From IMG/VR virus record IMGVR_UViG_3300006045_001036: a stretch of 64,000 bases of DNA; one strand, written 5' to 3'. The notes under the pieces were generated by a model that had not been told where the DNA came from, searched no databases, and saw only the letters and a list, made by a program, of their open reading frames with translations. This stretch comes from a virus (Duplodnaviria > Caudoviricetes). Position 1 is the first letter of the stretch; each line of letters opens with the position of its first letter. The position numbers and the translations under genes were made by a program. Positions 36,844-46,097 of this stretch are shown here, piece after piece.

Positions 36844-38241
36844 TCAGATGTTGCGTAATACGTGACTCATGTCGGATTTTGATAATCCGACGGCTGTCAT
36901 CAAGTCTTTAATTTTGAATTTGGGGTCGGCTTTAAGAGATTCAAGACCTACCGACACTGCGAGGGGAAGGTGTCTGATGTACTCGTCAACTTCAAGTTGT
37001 CGGACAAAGATTTCACCGTTCACGTCTTCAACGTCTGGTTCCACTTCGTTGTCGTTTTTGTCGGTCTGTTTATCGCTGTCTGTTCCTTTGTAATACTCTG
37101 TCTCGTTACGCAGAAAGTGTATGACCTGAGACACAATTACCTTGTGAGCGAATGTCGAAAATTGAAAGCCTTTCCTCGGTGCAAAGTTAGCTACTGCTTT
37201 CCACAATCCGAACTCGGCAGCTTGTTTTGTCTCTTCGAGAATTGCCGCATCCTTGATTTCGTGAAATTCCTTGCTCTTACGCAGGTACATATGTGCCAGT
37301 TGCCAAGCTAATTGACGATACTGCTCGAAAAGAGCGAGTTCTTCCTCTCGGGATAATTTTGCAGGCATTTCAACGATTGAGATTAGAGAATTGCTGTCTT
37401 TGGCAACAACAGTTCGGGGAAGATGAAGACGTACAGATATTTCGTCTTGAAGGTCTTCGTTGCTCTCGTTAGCGAGTTCTCGTTCGATTAGGTTGTGAGC
37501 AATTTCAGGAACTGAGCGAAGTCGTTTATCAGTGGCGGTTAAGAAATGGGGGATTCGGATTTCGTCGAATAATTTTTCCAGAGGGCGGTCTCCGTAGTAT
37601 CGAGCATAAAGGCGGGTAATTTCAGAATTAAGTAGCAGATACGCTCTGACTTGCCGCTTTTCTTCTGCGAAACACAGCTTAGTGCAACCTTCAAACGGAC
37701 TATAATGAGCAGTTATATACCCTAATCCCTGTTCATCGAATCTATGTTGTACGTAAATCTCAAATCCCTTATTGACAAACCACGAGGAAATAGGTTTTTT
37801 CGTCTTCAAATTTTGCCAAAAATCCGCACTGGCTTCGTTCCAACATTCGAAACGGTCGGCGTCCATCTTGGAATTAGTGAGAAATAAATCAAGTTTCTCA
37901 ACCAATAACGGTAATCCTTTTTCATCGGTAACGAGTTCCCCCGCCATTTTGCGAATAGGTTTGTTATCTTCCATTTCGTGACTTAACACAAACATTGCGG
38001 TAGGTTCTTCGTCCGCAAAATTCCATGTAAATCCTTTGACACAACTATGTTGGAGAATCGCAACACGTGTGTCTTCATATGCGGAATCGAATAAAGCATT
38101 TAATGAACAGACTAATAAAATTCTGTTGTTCGGGTCGTCGAAGCAGTGGAAAGCTTTACGAGATTTTGCGTTTAGTTTCACCATTGAAGTACAATCGTAC
38201 TTCTCGGAAACTAATTCAATTGCTTTTTGAGTTAATCTCAT
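36844..38241 (-). CDS. Phage sigma-70 family factor with long N-terminal extension
   Basis: Region 2 GLWKAVANFAPRKGFQFSTFAHKVI; terminal HTH IKDLMTAVGLSKSDMSHVL. Confidence 0.75.
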   Translation of the reverse strand: MRLTQKAIELVSEKYDCTSMVKLNAKSRKAFHCFDDPNNRILLVCSLNALFDSAYEDTRVAILQHSCVKGFTWNFADEEPTAMFVLSHEMEDNKPIRKMAGELVTDEKGLPLLVEKLDLFLTNSKMDADRFECWNEASADFWQNLKTKKPISSWFVNKGFEIYVQHRFDEQGLGYITAHYSPFEGCTKLCFAEEKRQVRAYLLLNSEITRLYARYYGDRPLEKLFDEIRIPHFLTATDKRLRSVPEIAHNLIERELANESNEDLQDEISVRLHLPRTVVAKDSNSLISIVEMPAKLSREEELALFEQYRQLAWQLAHMYLRKSKEFHEIKDAAILEETKQAAEFGLWKAVANFAPRKGFQFSTFAHKVIVSQVIHFLRNETEYYKGTDSDKQTDKNDNEVEPDVEDVNGEIFVRQLEVDEYIRHLPLAVSVGLESLKADPKFKIKDLMTAVGLSKSDMSHVLRNI

Positions 38242-38334
38242 AAAGTTTACTCACTATCTATAATTTCTACTTATAATACAATGCTATTTGCATAGCGAAA
38301 CACCGCTTTTCTTTCGAATAGCGGTGTAAAAGTA

Positions 38335-38787
38335 TCACATTTGATTGCGACGTAGACTTGGGTCACGGTCAGTTGGGTCATATCCACCTTGATTTTTTCC
38401 TCGGTACAAATGACTTTTATCGTGTTGATAACTGTTTTCATAAAACAGTGAACCGAAGAAACTTACTCCGTTCTCAAAATCAAGCCGTATAGTCTGTAAC
38501 CCGAACTGCTGTTCCTTCAATTGACTGAGCAACGACGTGTTGAATAATATCGTTCCTCTCGTACCATCCCGCCGTACCATTTCATCGTTATAGGTCAGAG
38601 CTTGCGGAGGGGCGGGGAGTATTCGCACAATCCTCTCCAGTATTGATGGGAAGACTGAAAACCCATCCAGACCGAGGGCGATAATTTTCGGCGGTTGGTC
38701 TGCCAGTATGTTAATACTTGGAAGCTGACCGACCGCCGTTACATCACGTACACACCTTACGAGAGGGTATTCAGTAGAAAGTATTAT
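38335..38787 (-). CDS. Hypothetical virion-module protein (probable ATA start)
   Basis: Frame open 53 codons upstream of the called GTG, to an ATA overlapping the upstream TAA. Confidence 0.55.
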   Translation of the reverse strand: MILSTEYPLVRCVRDVTAVGQLPSINILADQPPKIIALGLDGFSVFPSILERIVRILPAPPQALTYNDEMVRRDGTRGTILFNTSLLSQLKEQQFGLQTIRLDFENGVSFFGSLFYENSYQHDKSHLYRGKNQGGYDPTDRDPSLRRNQM

Positions 38788-39284
38788 TTCGGTTTCCTTG
38801 CTTTTCCTTTACCGAGGCTCTTTGCCGAGCTTTCGATGGGAGCTTCCGAAGGAGCGGCAGTAACCACGTTGTCAGGAATGTTTTCAATATCAGTCTTAGC
38901 GATTTCGGCACCGTCTTCATCGGTGGTGATTACAGAGAGAACCTCGCCGTCTTCAACGATGTCGGTGTTGGTGTCTTCACCCATTGCCTGTGAAACTTGG
39001 TCGGCTACGATTTGAGCAACGTCTTCGGGAGCGAAGAAAGTTTCTTCTACGCCAATTTCTCCTGCATCGTCCGCCGAACTTGTCAATGCACCGCCGACAA
39101 CACCTGCGACTGCAGGGGCAGCTAAACCAGCGAGAGCAGGGAGTACAGAGTCAACCTTGGCTCTTTGACTTCCTGAACGCACAGGACTTCTTTTTGGAGC
39201 TGTTTTGCTGCTTTTTACAGGGGTTCTTTTCCTACCTGCGGGAGCGGTTGCAGGGGCTTTAGTTGAACTAATAATTTTCATCAT
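38784..39284 (-). CDS. Putative head core/internal protein
   Basis: MKIISS start; repeated VKSS, LTSSA, IESSA; located in head cluster. Confidence 0.6.
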   Translation of the reverse strand: MMKIISSTKAPATAPAGRKRTPVKSSKTAPKRSPVRSGSQRAKVDSVLPALAGLAAPAVAGVVGGALTSSADDAGEIGVEETFFAPEDVAQIVADQVSQAMGEDTNTDIVEDGEVLSVITTDEDGAEIAKTDIENIPDNVVTAAPSEAPIESSAKSLGKGKARKPK

Positions 39285-39296
39285 TGTATTCTCCTT

Positions 39297-40025
39297 TTAA
39301 TTAATAAATAGTAAGTCTTCGGCAGAGTCTGCGACTTCTGACCTGATTTCGGCGAATTCCTCTTTCGCTTCCTGTATCAGTCGTTCGCCACCTAACTGTA
39401 CAGACCCTGGAAGATTGACTTTGCCTCGTACCTGCCCTACAGCCATTTTGAGGTAAGCCACTGAAAGACGAAGTAAGTACGTAGACCAACGTTCGTCATC
39501 AATTTCCTCGACGCTTTGATAGTCGGGGACATACCGCACTGTTATATGTGTCGGTAATGGAACTGCGTGAGTGATATACAAATAGCGGTCACCACGGTGG
39601 AAACTGAAATTCAAATCGGTTTGTAAGGTATTCCTTATTTGCCGAGATAACAGCCTCCGAGCAACAGGGGAAATATCGGTGACACCGTTCCCCAGCCCGT
39701 AGTAGTTGCTGTTTAACGAGACCGCCAGTGAGAATACATCTGTACCACCTGCACCAATCGCAGTTCCTTCCAAAGGTTGAGCACGTATGATTTCACTAAC
39801 ACTCTTCGCTTTAATATTAACACTCGGATGTGCTAAATCTATCCGTCTGGCGAAACGTACAGTTCGTTCAACTTCCAGAGAGTCCCACCCTTTCATTTCC
39901 CGAAAAGCCAGTTTAATAGCCGTTACTGTCGGTTTGTTCTCGACATCTCGTATTCTTGGTACAAGAAATTCAACCGATTGAACGAGTTCGGGTAGAGTGA
40001 AAAAGCTCATAGAATTTGCTGACAT
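39297..40025 (-). CDS. Neck/head completion protein (T4 gp13-like)
   Basis: W..YL....AYLKMAVGQVRGKVNLPGSVQLGGERLIQEAKEE. Confidence 0.75.
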   Translation of the reverse strand: MSANSMSFFTLPELVQSVEFLVPRIRDVENKPTVTAIKLAFREMKGWDSLEVERTVRFARRIDLAHPSVNIKAKSVSEIIRAQPLEGTAIGAGGTDVFSLAVSLNSNYYGLGNGVTDISPVARRLLSRQIRNTLQTDLNFSFHRGDRYLYITHAVPLPTHITVRYVPDYQSVEEIDDERWSTYLLRLSVAYLKMAVGQVRGKVNLPGSVQLGGERLIQEAKEEFAEIRSEVADSAEDLLFIN

Positions 40026-40034
40026 ACGTTTCTC

Positions 40035-40298
40035 CTATTCCCCTCTTTTCACCGATTTGGCAGATGCAAGTATTCGAGATTTACCCTGCGTCTGTACCGA
40101 ACTTAAAATCCTGTTCATCTTAGCAACATTCACTCTATCGGAAGAAGATAAGGCGGCTTTTGCTGTTTCCACTGCTCCAGCATCTTTCTGCAAGTCTTTA
40201 AGAGAGTCTGCTAACTGCGGAAGAAGTTTTAGAAGTTCGGGGAGTAACGGTAGTAATTGAGGAAGTATTTTTGCCAATGCTGCCATAGGGTTCCTCAT
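40035..40298 (-). CDS. Small head-cluster protein
   Basis: Leu/Pro repeat N-terminus; ILSS and ILASA motifs. Confidence 0.6.
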   Translation of the reverse strand: MRNPMAALAKILPQLLPLLPELLKLLPQLADSLKDLQKDAGAVETAKAALSSSDRVNVAKMNRILSSVQTQGKSRILASAKSVKRGE

Positions 40299-40348
40299 TT
40301 CTCTTGTCCCTCGTCCTCCGAAGAAGACGAGGGTTACAAGTCATTTAA

Positions 40349-41041
40349 TTAGGCTACAATCTCAAAGTCAAGCGGAGCCAAAGCACCCTTATAAGCACCG
40401 ATACCCGCAACAGTCACCTTACCTGTTCCGACAGCGTCATTGTCAGCCCAACGGAGAACATAATCTCTACCGACTGTAAGAGTGTTTCCGAAGCGGTCTG
40501 TTACTTCAATGTTGCGAGGTTGAACACCGTTTGTTCCGCCGTCCACAGACAGAGAAAGCTCAGGAGCGTCACCATCAGGAGTTAACCATGCTGCTTTTGC
40601 GTTCGCTACTGTAGTCGAGCCTACAGGCGAAGTACCGCCGATATCAATCAACGGAAGAATGTCAGAAGCACCATCGCCGATAATCTCGATTACGAAGCCC
40701 GAGCCAGCGAGTTGGTCTTGCAGAGTGCGGTAGAATGCCGCATCCTTGGACGACACGTCTGTGAGCGTAATAACCTGTCCGGGAGTGGTGAAGTTGAACT
40801 TGTGGAGAATATTCGCCACAGGCACACCGAATTCGTTGTACGGAGGTACAAGGTCGGGATTACCGAATCCGAATACGTTTTTGTTGTATACAGATTCGCT
40901 GAGTTGTGCGGAGTCTGCGTATGAGTTTGAGGGGTAAGCGATACCCGAAGCAATCGGGTATTGACCGTTCTTGGTGATTCTGGATATAATGTTGTCTAAT
41001 GTCGCTTGAGTTCCCTCAAATCTGATAATTACCTTAAACAT
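40349..41041 (-). CDS. Putative capsid decoration protein with C-terminal Ig-like domain
   Basis: Directly after the capsid gene; GRDYVLRWADNDAVGTGKVTVAGIGAYKG resembles clostridial surface Ig-like repeats. Confidence 0.55.
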   Translation of the reverse strand: MFKVIIRFEGTQATLDNIISRITKNGQYPIASGIAYPSNSYADSAQLSESVYNKNVFGFGNPDLVPPYNEFGVPVANILHKFNFTTPGQVITLTDVSSKDAAFYRTLQDQLAGSGFVIEIIGDGASDILPLIDIGGTSPVGSTTVANAKAAWLTPDGDAPELSLSVDGGTNGVQPRNIEVTDRFGNTLTVGRDYVLRWADNDAVGTGKVTVAGIGAYKGALAPLDFEIVA

Positions 41042-41059
41042 ATTATTCCTCTCCTTTCT

Positions 41060-42598
41060 TTAGTAAGAACCAGCGATAGAACCTTTGACCATAGTCATCG
41101 GGTTCACTGTGTTGATTGCGTATGCACCGACGTAACCTTGTTCAACGTCCATGTTCGCACGTTCGAGTCTTTGAGTTGCGGCAATCGGCAAGAAACAGCC
41201 GACCATCATCGAAGCTTTAAGTTTGTCGTTACCTTTGAAGAGCTGTACAAAGTCGTTTGCACCGAGGTTCGGGTCAACGTACACTTTGTAAGCACCGAGC
41301 GAACCTGCGTAGCAAGCTCCGCTGATGTCTTCGGAAATCGTTTCTTCTTGGAATTTCGCCATGTTCTGGAATACACCGAGAACATTTGTGCCGCAGCAGA
41401 TACGGTTTGTTCCCCATTGACGGGTTACTTGACGTACTGCCAAAGAACCTTTATCGAGAACGGTTTTGAAGTTGTTAAAGTAACTAAACTCTCCACCGCC
41501 GTCAACGCTGTTGAATTTACCCGAAGAATTCCACGTCAAGCCTTTCATAGCTGAAGCGTCTCTCCACGCTTGAAGAACAGCGCGGCTGTTGATTTCTGCC
41601 ATTATTTCGCCCATCATCTGAGTTTTTTCAACGTCAGAAAGTTCAGCACCGTATTCCATCTTAGCAGCGTAGTTAGCGAGGTAAGAGCTGTGTGCTTCAA
41701 TTGCGTAAGCTTCTGCTCTGAGTAAGATTCTGTCGAGCTGTAAGTAGGCTTTAACGATATTCGCACCGTAAGTGCCGTCTTCGTGAGCACCGACATTTTC
41801 GTTGTCAAAACGGTAGTTGGCATAAATAGTCAAACCGTCAGAACCGTCCGTCATCGTGATAACACCACGTTCGTAGTCGATTTGTCCCCATTCAGTTGCA
41901 TTCGGGTTGCCGTTCGGGTAGAGATTACCCGCAGCGTCGTCTTTGACTGCGATGGTAGTTCCGTTTGCCTCGTTACGAACTTGGAGTTCAACGTGTCCCG
42001 GAATAATCGCACCACGACCTTCGATACCGAGATAAACAACGTCTCCGGACTCGTCGGGAGTTCTCGCCAATTCCTTCGTCACGAAACTTGAAGCCCAAGT
42101 CGGGTCAGAACCAGACTGAGAGCCGTAAGGCGTGTGCAAAATTTTCTTAGCAGGGGTAGCACCACGTCCTGTTTCGGTAACAACCTTGAAGAAAGGATGC
42201 AAGCTTTCACGACTGTCCATCTCTTGGAAAGAAGCGATTTGGTCAAGGATAGAGTTAGCGACACCAAGAGGAATCAACTCTTTGAATTTCGGAGCAACAG
42301 CAATATTAGTTGTGTTGGTAGCCGATTGAATCCTTGTACCTGCTGCAACAGGAATACGAAGCAATGCAGGGTTTTCTACGCAAGCGGCATCATGAATATC
42401 CATCATTCTTGCGGAGGTGATTGCTTGAGAGTCTCTCAACGCCTTCTGACCACTGGCTTTCAGTGCTATATTCGCTGAAGACAGTATCTTAGCATGACGT
42501 TTGACCGCAGCTTGGTCGGCGGACTGTATCTTGGTCATACCAGCTTTTTGACCTTTGTGTAAGGGCTTCTGTGAAGTCCCACTGTTAATAATAACCAT
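41060..42598 (-). CDS. Major capsid protein (T4 gp23-like)
   Basis: QEM, insertion DDAAGNL..GQIDYERG, EIMAEINSR, AGSLGAYKVYVDPNL; follows the protease gene. Confidence 0.9.
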   Translation of the reverse strand: MVIINSGTSQKPLHKGQKAGMTKIQSADQAAVKRHAKILSSANIALKASGQKALRDSQAITSARMMDIHDAACVENPALLRIPVAAGTRIQSATNTTNIAVAPKFKELIPLGVANSILDQIASFQEMDSRESLHPFFKVVTETGRGATPAKKILHTPYGSQSGSDPTWASSFVTKELARTPDESGDVVYLGIEGRGAIIPGHVELQVRNEANGTTIAVKDDAAGNLYPNGNPNATEWGQIDYERGVITMTDGSDGLTIYANYRFDNENVGAHEDGTYGANIVKAYLQLDRILLRAEAYAIEAHSSYLANYAAKMEYGAELSDVEKTQMMGEIMAEINSRAVLQAWRDASAMKGLTWNSSGKFNSVDGGGEFSYFNNFKTVLDKGSLAVRQVTRQWGTNRICCGTNVLGVFQNMAKFQEETISEDISGACYAGSLGAYKVYVDPNLGANDFVQLFKGNDKLKASMMVGCFLPIAATQRLERANMDVEQGYVGAYAINTVNPMTMVKGSIAGSY

Positions 42599-42628
42599 AG
42601 TAATTCTCCTTATAATTATTGGTTGGCT

Positions 42629-44167
42629 TTAGCCTTTGAAGTTGGTGTAATACTCTTCATCGGTTTCATCAATTTCTTTCACAGCTTGTGGTTGGATAAC
42701 CATGCTCGGAACGACAGCACTGTTAATTTTCGTAATAGAGGCTTGTCGTCTTTGCTGTGTAGAAGCTGTGTCTACGGCAGAACGAATTTGAGCGGGGGTC
42801 GCTGAACTTTCGATTTTGACGCTCGCTACATCGACACCGTAAGCATCTCCGAGAAGTTGCAAATAAGCTTTTTTGAATTCGTCGCTTGTTTGCGGTTGTG
42901 TCTTCGCAGTCCTCGGGGTTGTCCTTGTAGATGACGAAGACTGAATACGTTGGGATTGTTTGCTTTGACGTTTTATTTCGCCTTGAGCCGTCAACAGGTT
43001 TTGACGTGTCTCATTTAATTCAGTGGTTACGGTCTCAAGACGACTCGACAGGTTTCGATTGTCTCGAGCAGACGCCGCTATTTTTGTTCTCGACTTCTGT
43101 TGTGTCTCTTGTAACTCTTGAATTTGTTTGATTAATTCTTCATTCTGAGCCAGAAGTTCAGCGTTGTACGCAGCCACTTCATCAATCTCGGCTTCAGACT
43201 TACGTCGGAATTTATCAAAAACCCCGCTATCGACATTTGCCTGTCTATTTGCACGTAACGCAGTTCGGAGTTCTGATGTTAACTTTACATTCTGTGAACT
43301 AAGTTGTTCTACTTCGGAATTAAGTGCTGCTATTTGTGCTTCTGCGTTCGCTGTTTGATTAGCGGAAGAAGTAATTCGCCGTTGCAATCTTTCATTCTCT
43401 TGTCGTGAAGACCTGAGTTGAGTTGTCTTCCGAGCCAGTGCAGCACTCACTGCCGTTAATCTATCGTCGTCAATTGTGGAGTTTTCAACAATTGTTTGTG
43501 CCGCAGACTCAATTCTTACCTCTGCTAATCGTGTGTCAATTAAGTCGTTGATTAATTTACTGTTAGGGAGTTTGCGGAGTGCGGTAAGAGCTGCCGAGCT
43601 TTCTATCTTCGGTATTTCAGTTTTTGCACTTGCTAACAGTCTGCGGTAGTTCGGATTTTCCGAACTTGCTATTGCTACGATATCGGGAATAGCGTTAGGG
43701 AACGCAGGAAATTGAACAACGTCAAAACCGTTGCATATGAATGTTTCGGGGTCAACCTCTCCAATTGGTTCGCCTGTAGGAGTATCACCCCACCCACGTT
43801 CAGATACACCGAAGCGGGTTCCGCCTTTACAGTAATTGGCTATTAACCGCCCTGTCGGGCAATCAATTATGTCGAACTGAGCCCAGACTTCGCCGTCATC
43901 TAATACCTTAGCATCGTTCAACCGTCCACAGGAATTGGCGGGGTTCGGCTCATCTTCTTCTGGATGTCCAAACCACATTAAGTGACATTTCCGTTTAAGA
44001 CCGTCAATAAACCGTTCAGACCTAAAAGCATTTAACCAAGCACCTTTAGCGAGATAAACACCATTCACGTTATCGACATCGGAATCACCTGAGGTTCCTT
44101 CAATACGCATAACCACTCCGGGCGGTAAATTATCGGTAATTGTCTTAAATTCCGCTCTCTTGCTCAT
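42629..44167 (-). CDS. Prohead protease (T4 gp21-like) fused to scaffold coiled coil
   Basis: NVNGVY, GHPE, PTGR, GVSERGWG, FDVVQFPAFPNA; long C-terminal coiled coil. Confidence 0.88.
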   Translation of the reverse strand: MSKRAEFKTITDNLPPGVVMRIEGTSGDSDVDNVNGVYLAKGAWLNAFRSERFIDGLKRKCHLMWFGHPEEDEPNPANSCGRLNDAKVLDDGEVWAQFDIIDCPTGRLIANYCKGGTRFGVSERGWGDTPTGEPIGEVDPETFICNGFDVVQFPAFPNAIPDIVAIASSENPNYRRLLASAKTEIPKIESSAALTALRKLPNSKLINDLIDTRLAEVRIESAAQTIVENSTIDDDRLTAVSAALARKTTQLRSSRQENERLQRRITSSANQTANAEAQIAALNSEVEQLSSQNVKLTSELRTALRANRQANVDSGVFDKFRRKSEAEIDEVAAYNAELLAQNEELIKQIQELQETQQKSRTKIAASARDNRNLSSRLETVTTELNETRQNLLTAQGEIKRQSKQSQRIQSSSSTRTTPRTAKTQPQTSDEFKKAYLQLLGDAYGVDVASVKIESSATPAQIRSAVDTASTQQRRQASITKINSAVVPSMVIQPQAVKEIDETDEEYYTNFKG

Positions 44168-44489
44168 CTAATAACACCTCATTTATAATCGGTAGTAGTT
44201 GCTCTTGCAAACTGCGATAATCCTCATCTTTACATCGAGGGTACGTTGCTATAAGTTTACCGATTCTATCTATACCAAGGATATAATACAACATATGGCG
44301 GTCACTTTCCGACATAGCAGGATTTTTCTCGACAAACAACCAATATCGAGTAACTAAAGAAGATAACGCTTTCCAAGTCGGTTGGTTTAGAGAAGGAGCT
44401 TCATCCTTGATTGCGGTGACAAGTTTTCGCCAGTTCGTCGAATTATAGCCACGTATCATATTGAAAAACATTTTACAGTGGTCGTTCAT
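44145..44489 (-). CDS. Hypothetical protein between portal and protease
   Basis: AAAGGAG RBS. Confidence 0.7.
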   Translation of the reverse strand: MNDHCKMFFNMIRGYNSTNWRKLVTAIKDEAPSLNQPTWKALSSLVTRYWLFVEKNPAMSESDRHMLYYILGIDRIGKLIATYPRCKDEDYRSLQEQLLPIINEVLLDEQESGI

Positions 44490-44504
44490 ATATGCAACTC
44501 CTTT

Positions 44505-46097
44505 CTACATCTCTCCGCCTTCACCGCTCTTTACCTCGACTGTCTTCATAGACGCCATCTGAGCAGTGAAGATAGGCAATATGCGTTCGGTTATTTCTTT
44601 AACAGCTTTAACTCTTTCGTCATGCTCTCCGATACCCAGTTTGTCGCACAAATCAAGTAACGCTTTGGCGTTTTCGATTGCCTGTTGTACCTTGTCTATG
44701 AGGAACGTATCAAGCAACGACAGTGGAGCATTCATGCAGAGTTCGTACTTGCCGATATAATCCTTGTACCCATTTCGTTCCAACATCAAATCAATACCAC
44801 GAGTAATTCCTGTCAGGTATGCCACTTGACCTCGTTGTACACGGCGGTTGAATCTGGACGACATTTGTGTCAGCGTTGTTCCCGAAGCACCAAGACCGCC
44901 CTCCCCACTGTAGTTCATCTGTTGTTTGGGGATAGCAAGAGCAGCAAGTTTCTTGTTAAGGTTGTACTCTACGTCAGCTATATCACGAACATTGACATCG
45001 CCTCCGAGCGTTTTGACATCAATCACACCTTTACCATCACGAGTAAGCGAGTATATTGTGTTTTCAAGAGACTGTGGATTTGCAGTACTCTCAGCAGTAC
45101 CGAGCGTTGTAGACAGAGTCATGTCTTGCTCCATCTTGTTTTTCAACGCCATGAGAGCTTTTTGAGCAGCGTCTTTACGCATGGTTTTGACTTCGAGGGA
45201 CACAAGACGTATAACAAGACTTTTCGTCAGTTTGTTAAGGAGCAGCGAGTCTTGCATCAAGTTGTCTATAACAGTCGGTGTGTATGCTGCCTCAAGAGGC
45301 GGCACATCGACCTCGACACCGTATTCGATTTCGTTGCCGTCTTGGTCTTTGAGATACACCGATAATCCCGAGCTAAGTGATTTCAATTGAACATGAAGGT
45401 AACTTGCTGGCGGGTATTTGTTAGCCACACCTTTGTTTGTCGAGTGTAAAAACAGCATAGAACCGAGCTGAGAGCTTTCGACTTGAGAGCGTTTATCAGG
45501 TCCCAGTGAATAGAAACAAGCGGTTTCTCCTGTTTCTTTGAAGGTCAGCTCTACCACACTGTTTTGAAGTTTGATGTCTCGTGTATTCCATGAGAAGTAT
45601 TTTGTTCGCTCTCCACGGTTATCAAGTCGAACCAACCCGCCGACGCTCATGCGGTCACGAAACACCTCCGTCGATGGAAAACAAAATCCTCCGTGAGTAA
45701 ATAAGACTCTCATATGCCCCCAGCCATATTCTTGAAGGCGTAATTCATAATCAACGATATCTTGAATATGCTTCTGAATAATTTCGTTATCAGATGAAGC
45801 CCATACAATCTGACCTTTCTCGTTAGGAGATGTAGACTCGTCCGCATACATATCAAGAGCCGTGGAAACGTCAGGGTCGGACGCCATTTGCTCAATAGCG
45901 AGATAACGAGATGTGAAATTGCTCATCAGAGCTGACAGAGGCTGAAACCCTGCTAAACTGGCGATACTGCCGTTAAGTAAGTCTTCAGGGACACTCGAAC
46001 TCTCAGGCTTCCCGTATTTTTGTTCCCTCATATTACGGCGATTTTCAGCCGACCGTCTGTACCAATCACCTATATTACTTAAGATAGGAATTTTCAT
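44505..46097 (-). CDS. Portal protein (T4 gp20-like)
   Basis: MASDPDVSTALDMYADE, TLGG...DIADVEY...KL.AL.IPK, RFNRRVQRGQ. Confidence 0.88.
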   Translation of the reverse strand: MKIPILSNIGDWYRRSAENRRNMREQKYGKPESSSVPEDLLNGSIASLAGFQPLSALMSNFTSRYLAIEQMASDPDVSTALDMYADESTSPNEKGQIVWASSDNEIIQKHIQDIVDYELRLQEYGWGHMRVLFTHGGFCFPSTEVFRDRMSVGGLVRLDNRGERTKYFSWNTRDIKLQNSVVELTFKETGETACFYSLGPDKRSQVESSQLGSMLFLHSTNKGVANKYPPASYLHVQLKSLSSGLSVYLKDQDGNEIEYGVEVDVPPLEAAYTPTVIDNLMQDSLLLNKLTKSLVIRLVSLEVKTMRKDAAQKALMALKNKMEQDMTLSTTLGTAESTANPQSLENTIYSLTRDGKGVIDVKTLGGDVNVRDIADVEYNLNKKLAALAIPKQQMNYSGEGGLGASGTTLTQMSSRFNRRVQRGQVAYLTGITRGIDLMLERNGYKDYIGKYELCMNAPLSLLDTFLIDKVQQAIENAKALLDLCDKLGIGEHDERVKAVKEITERILPIFTAQMASMKTVEVKSGEGGEM

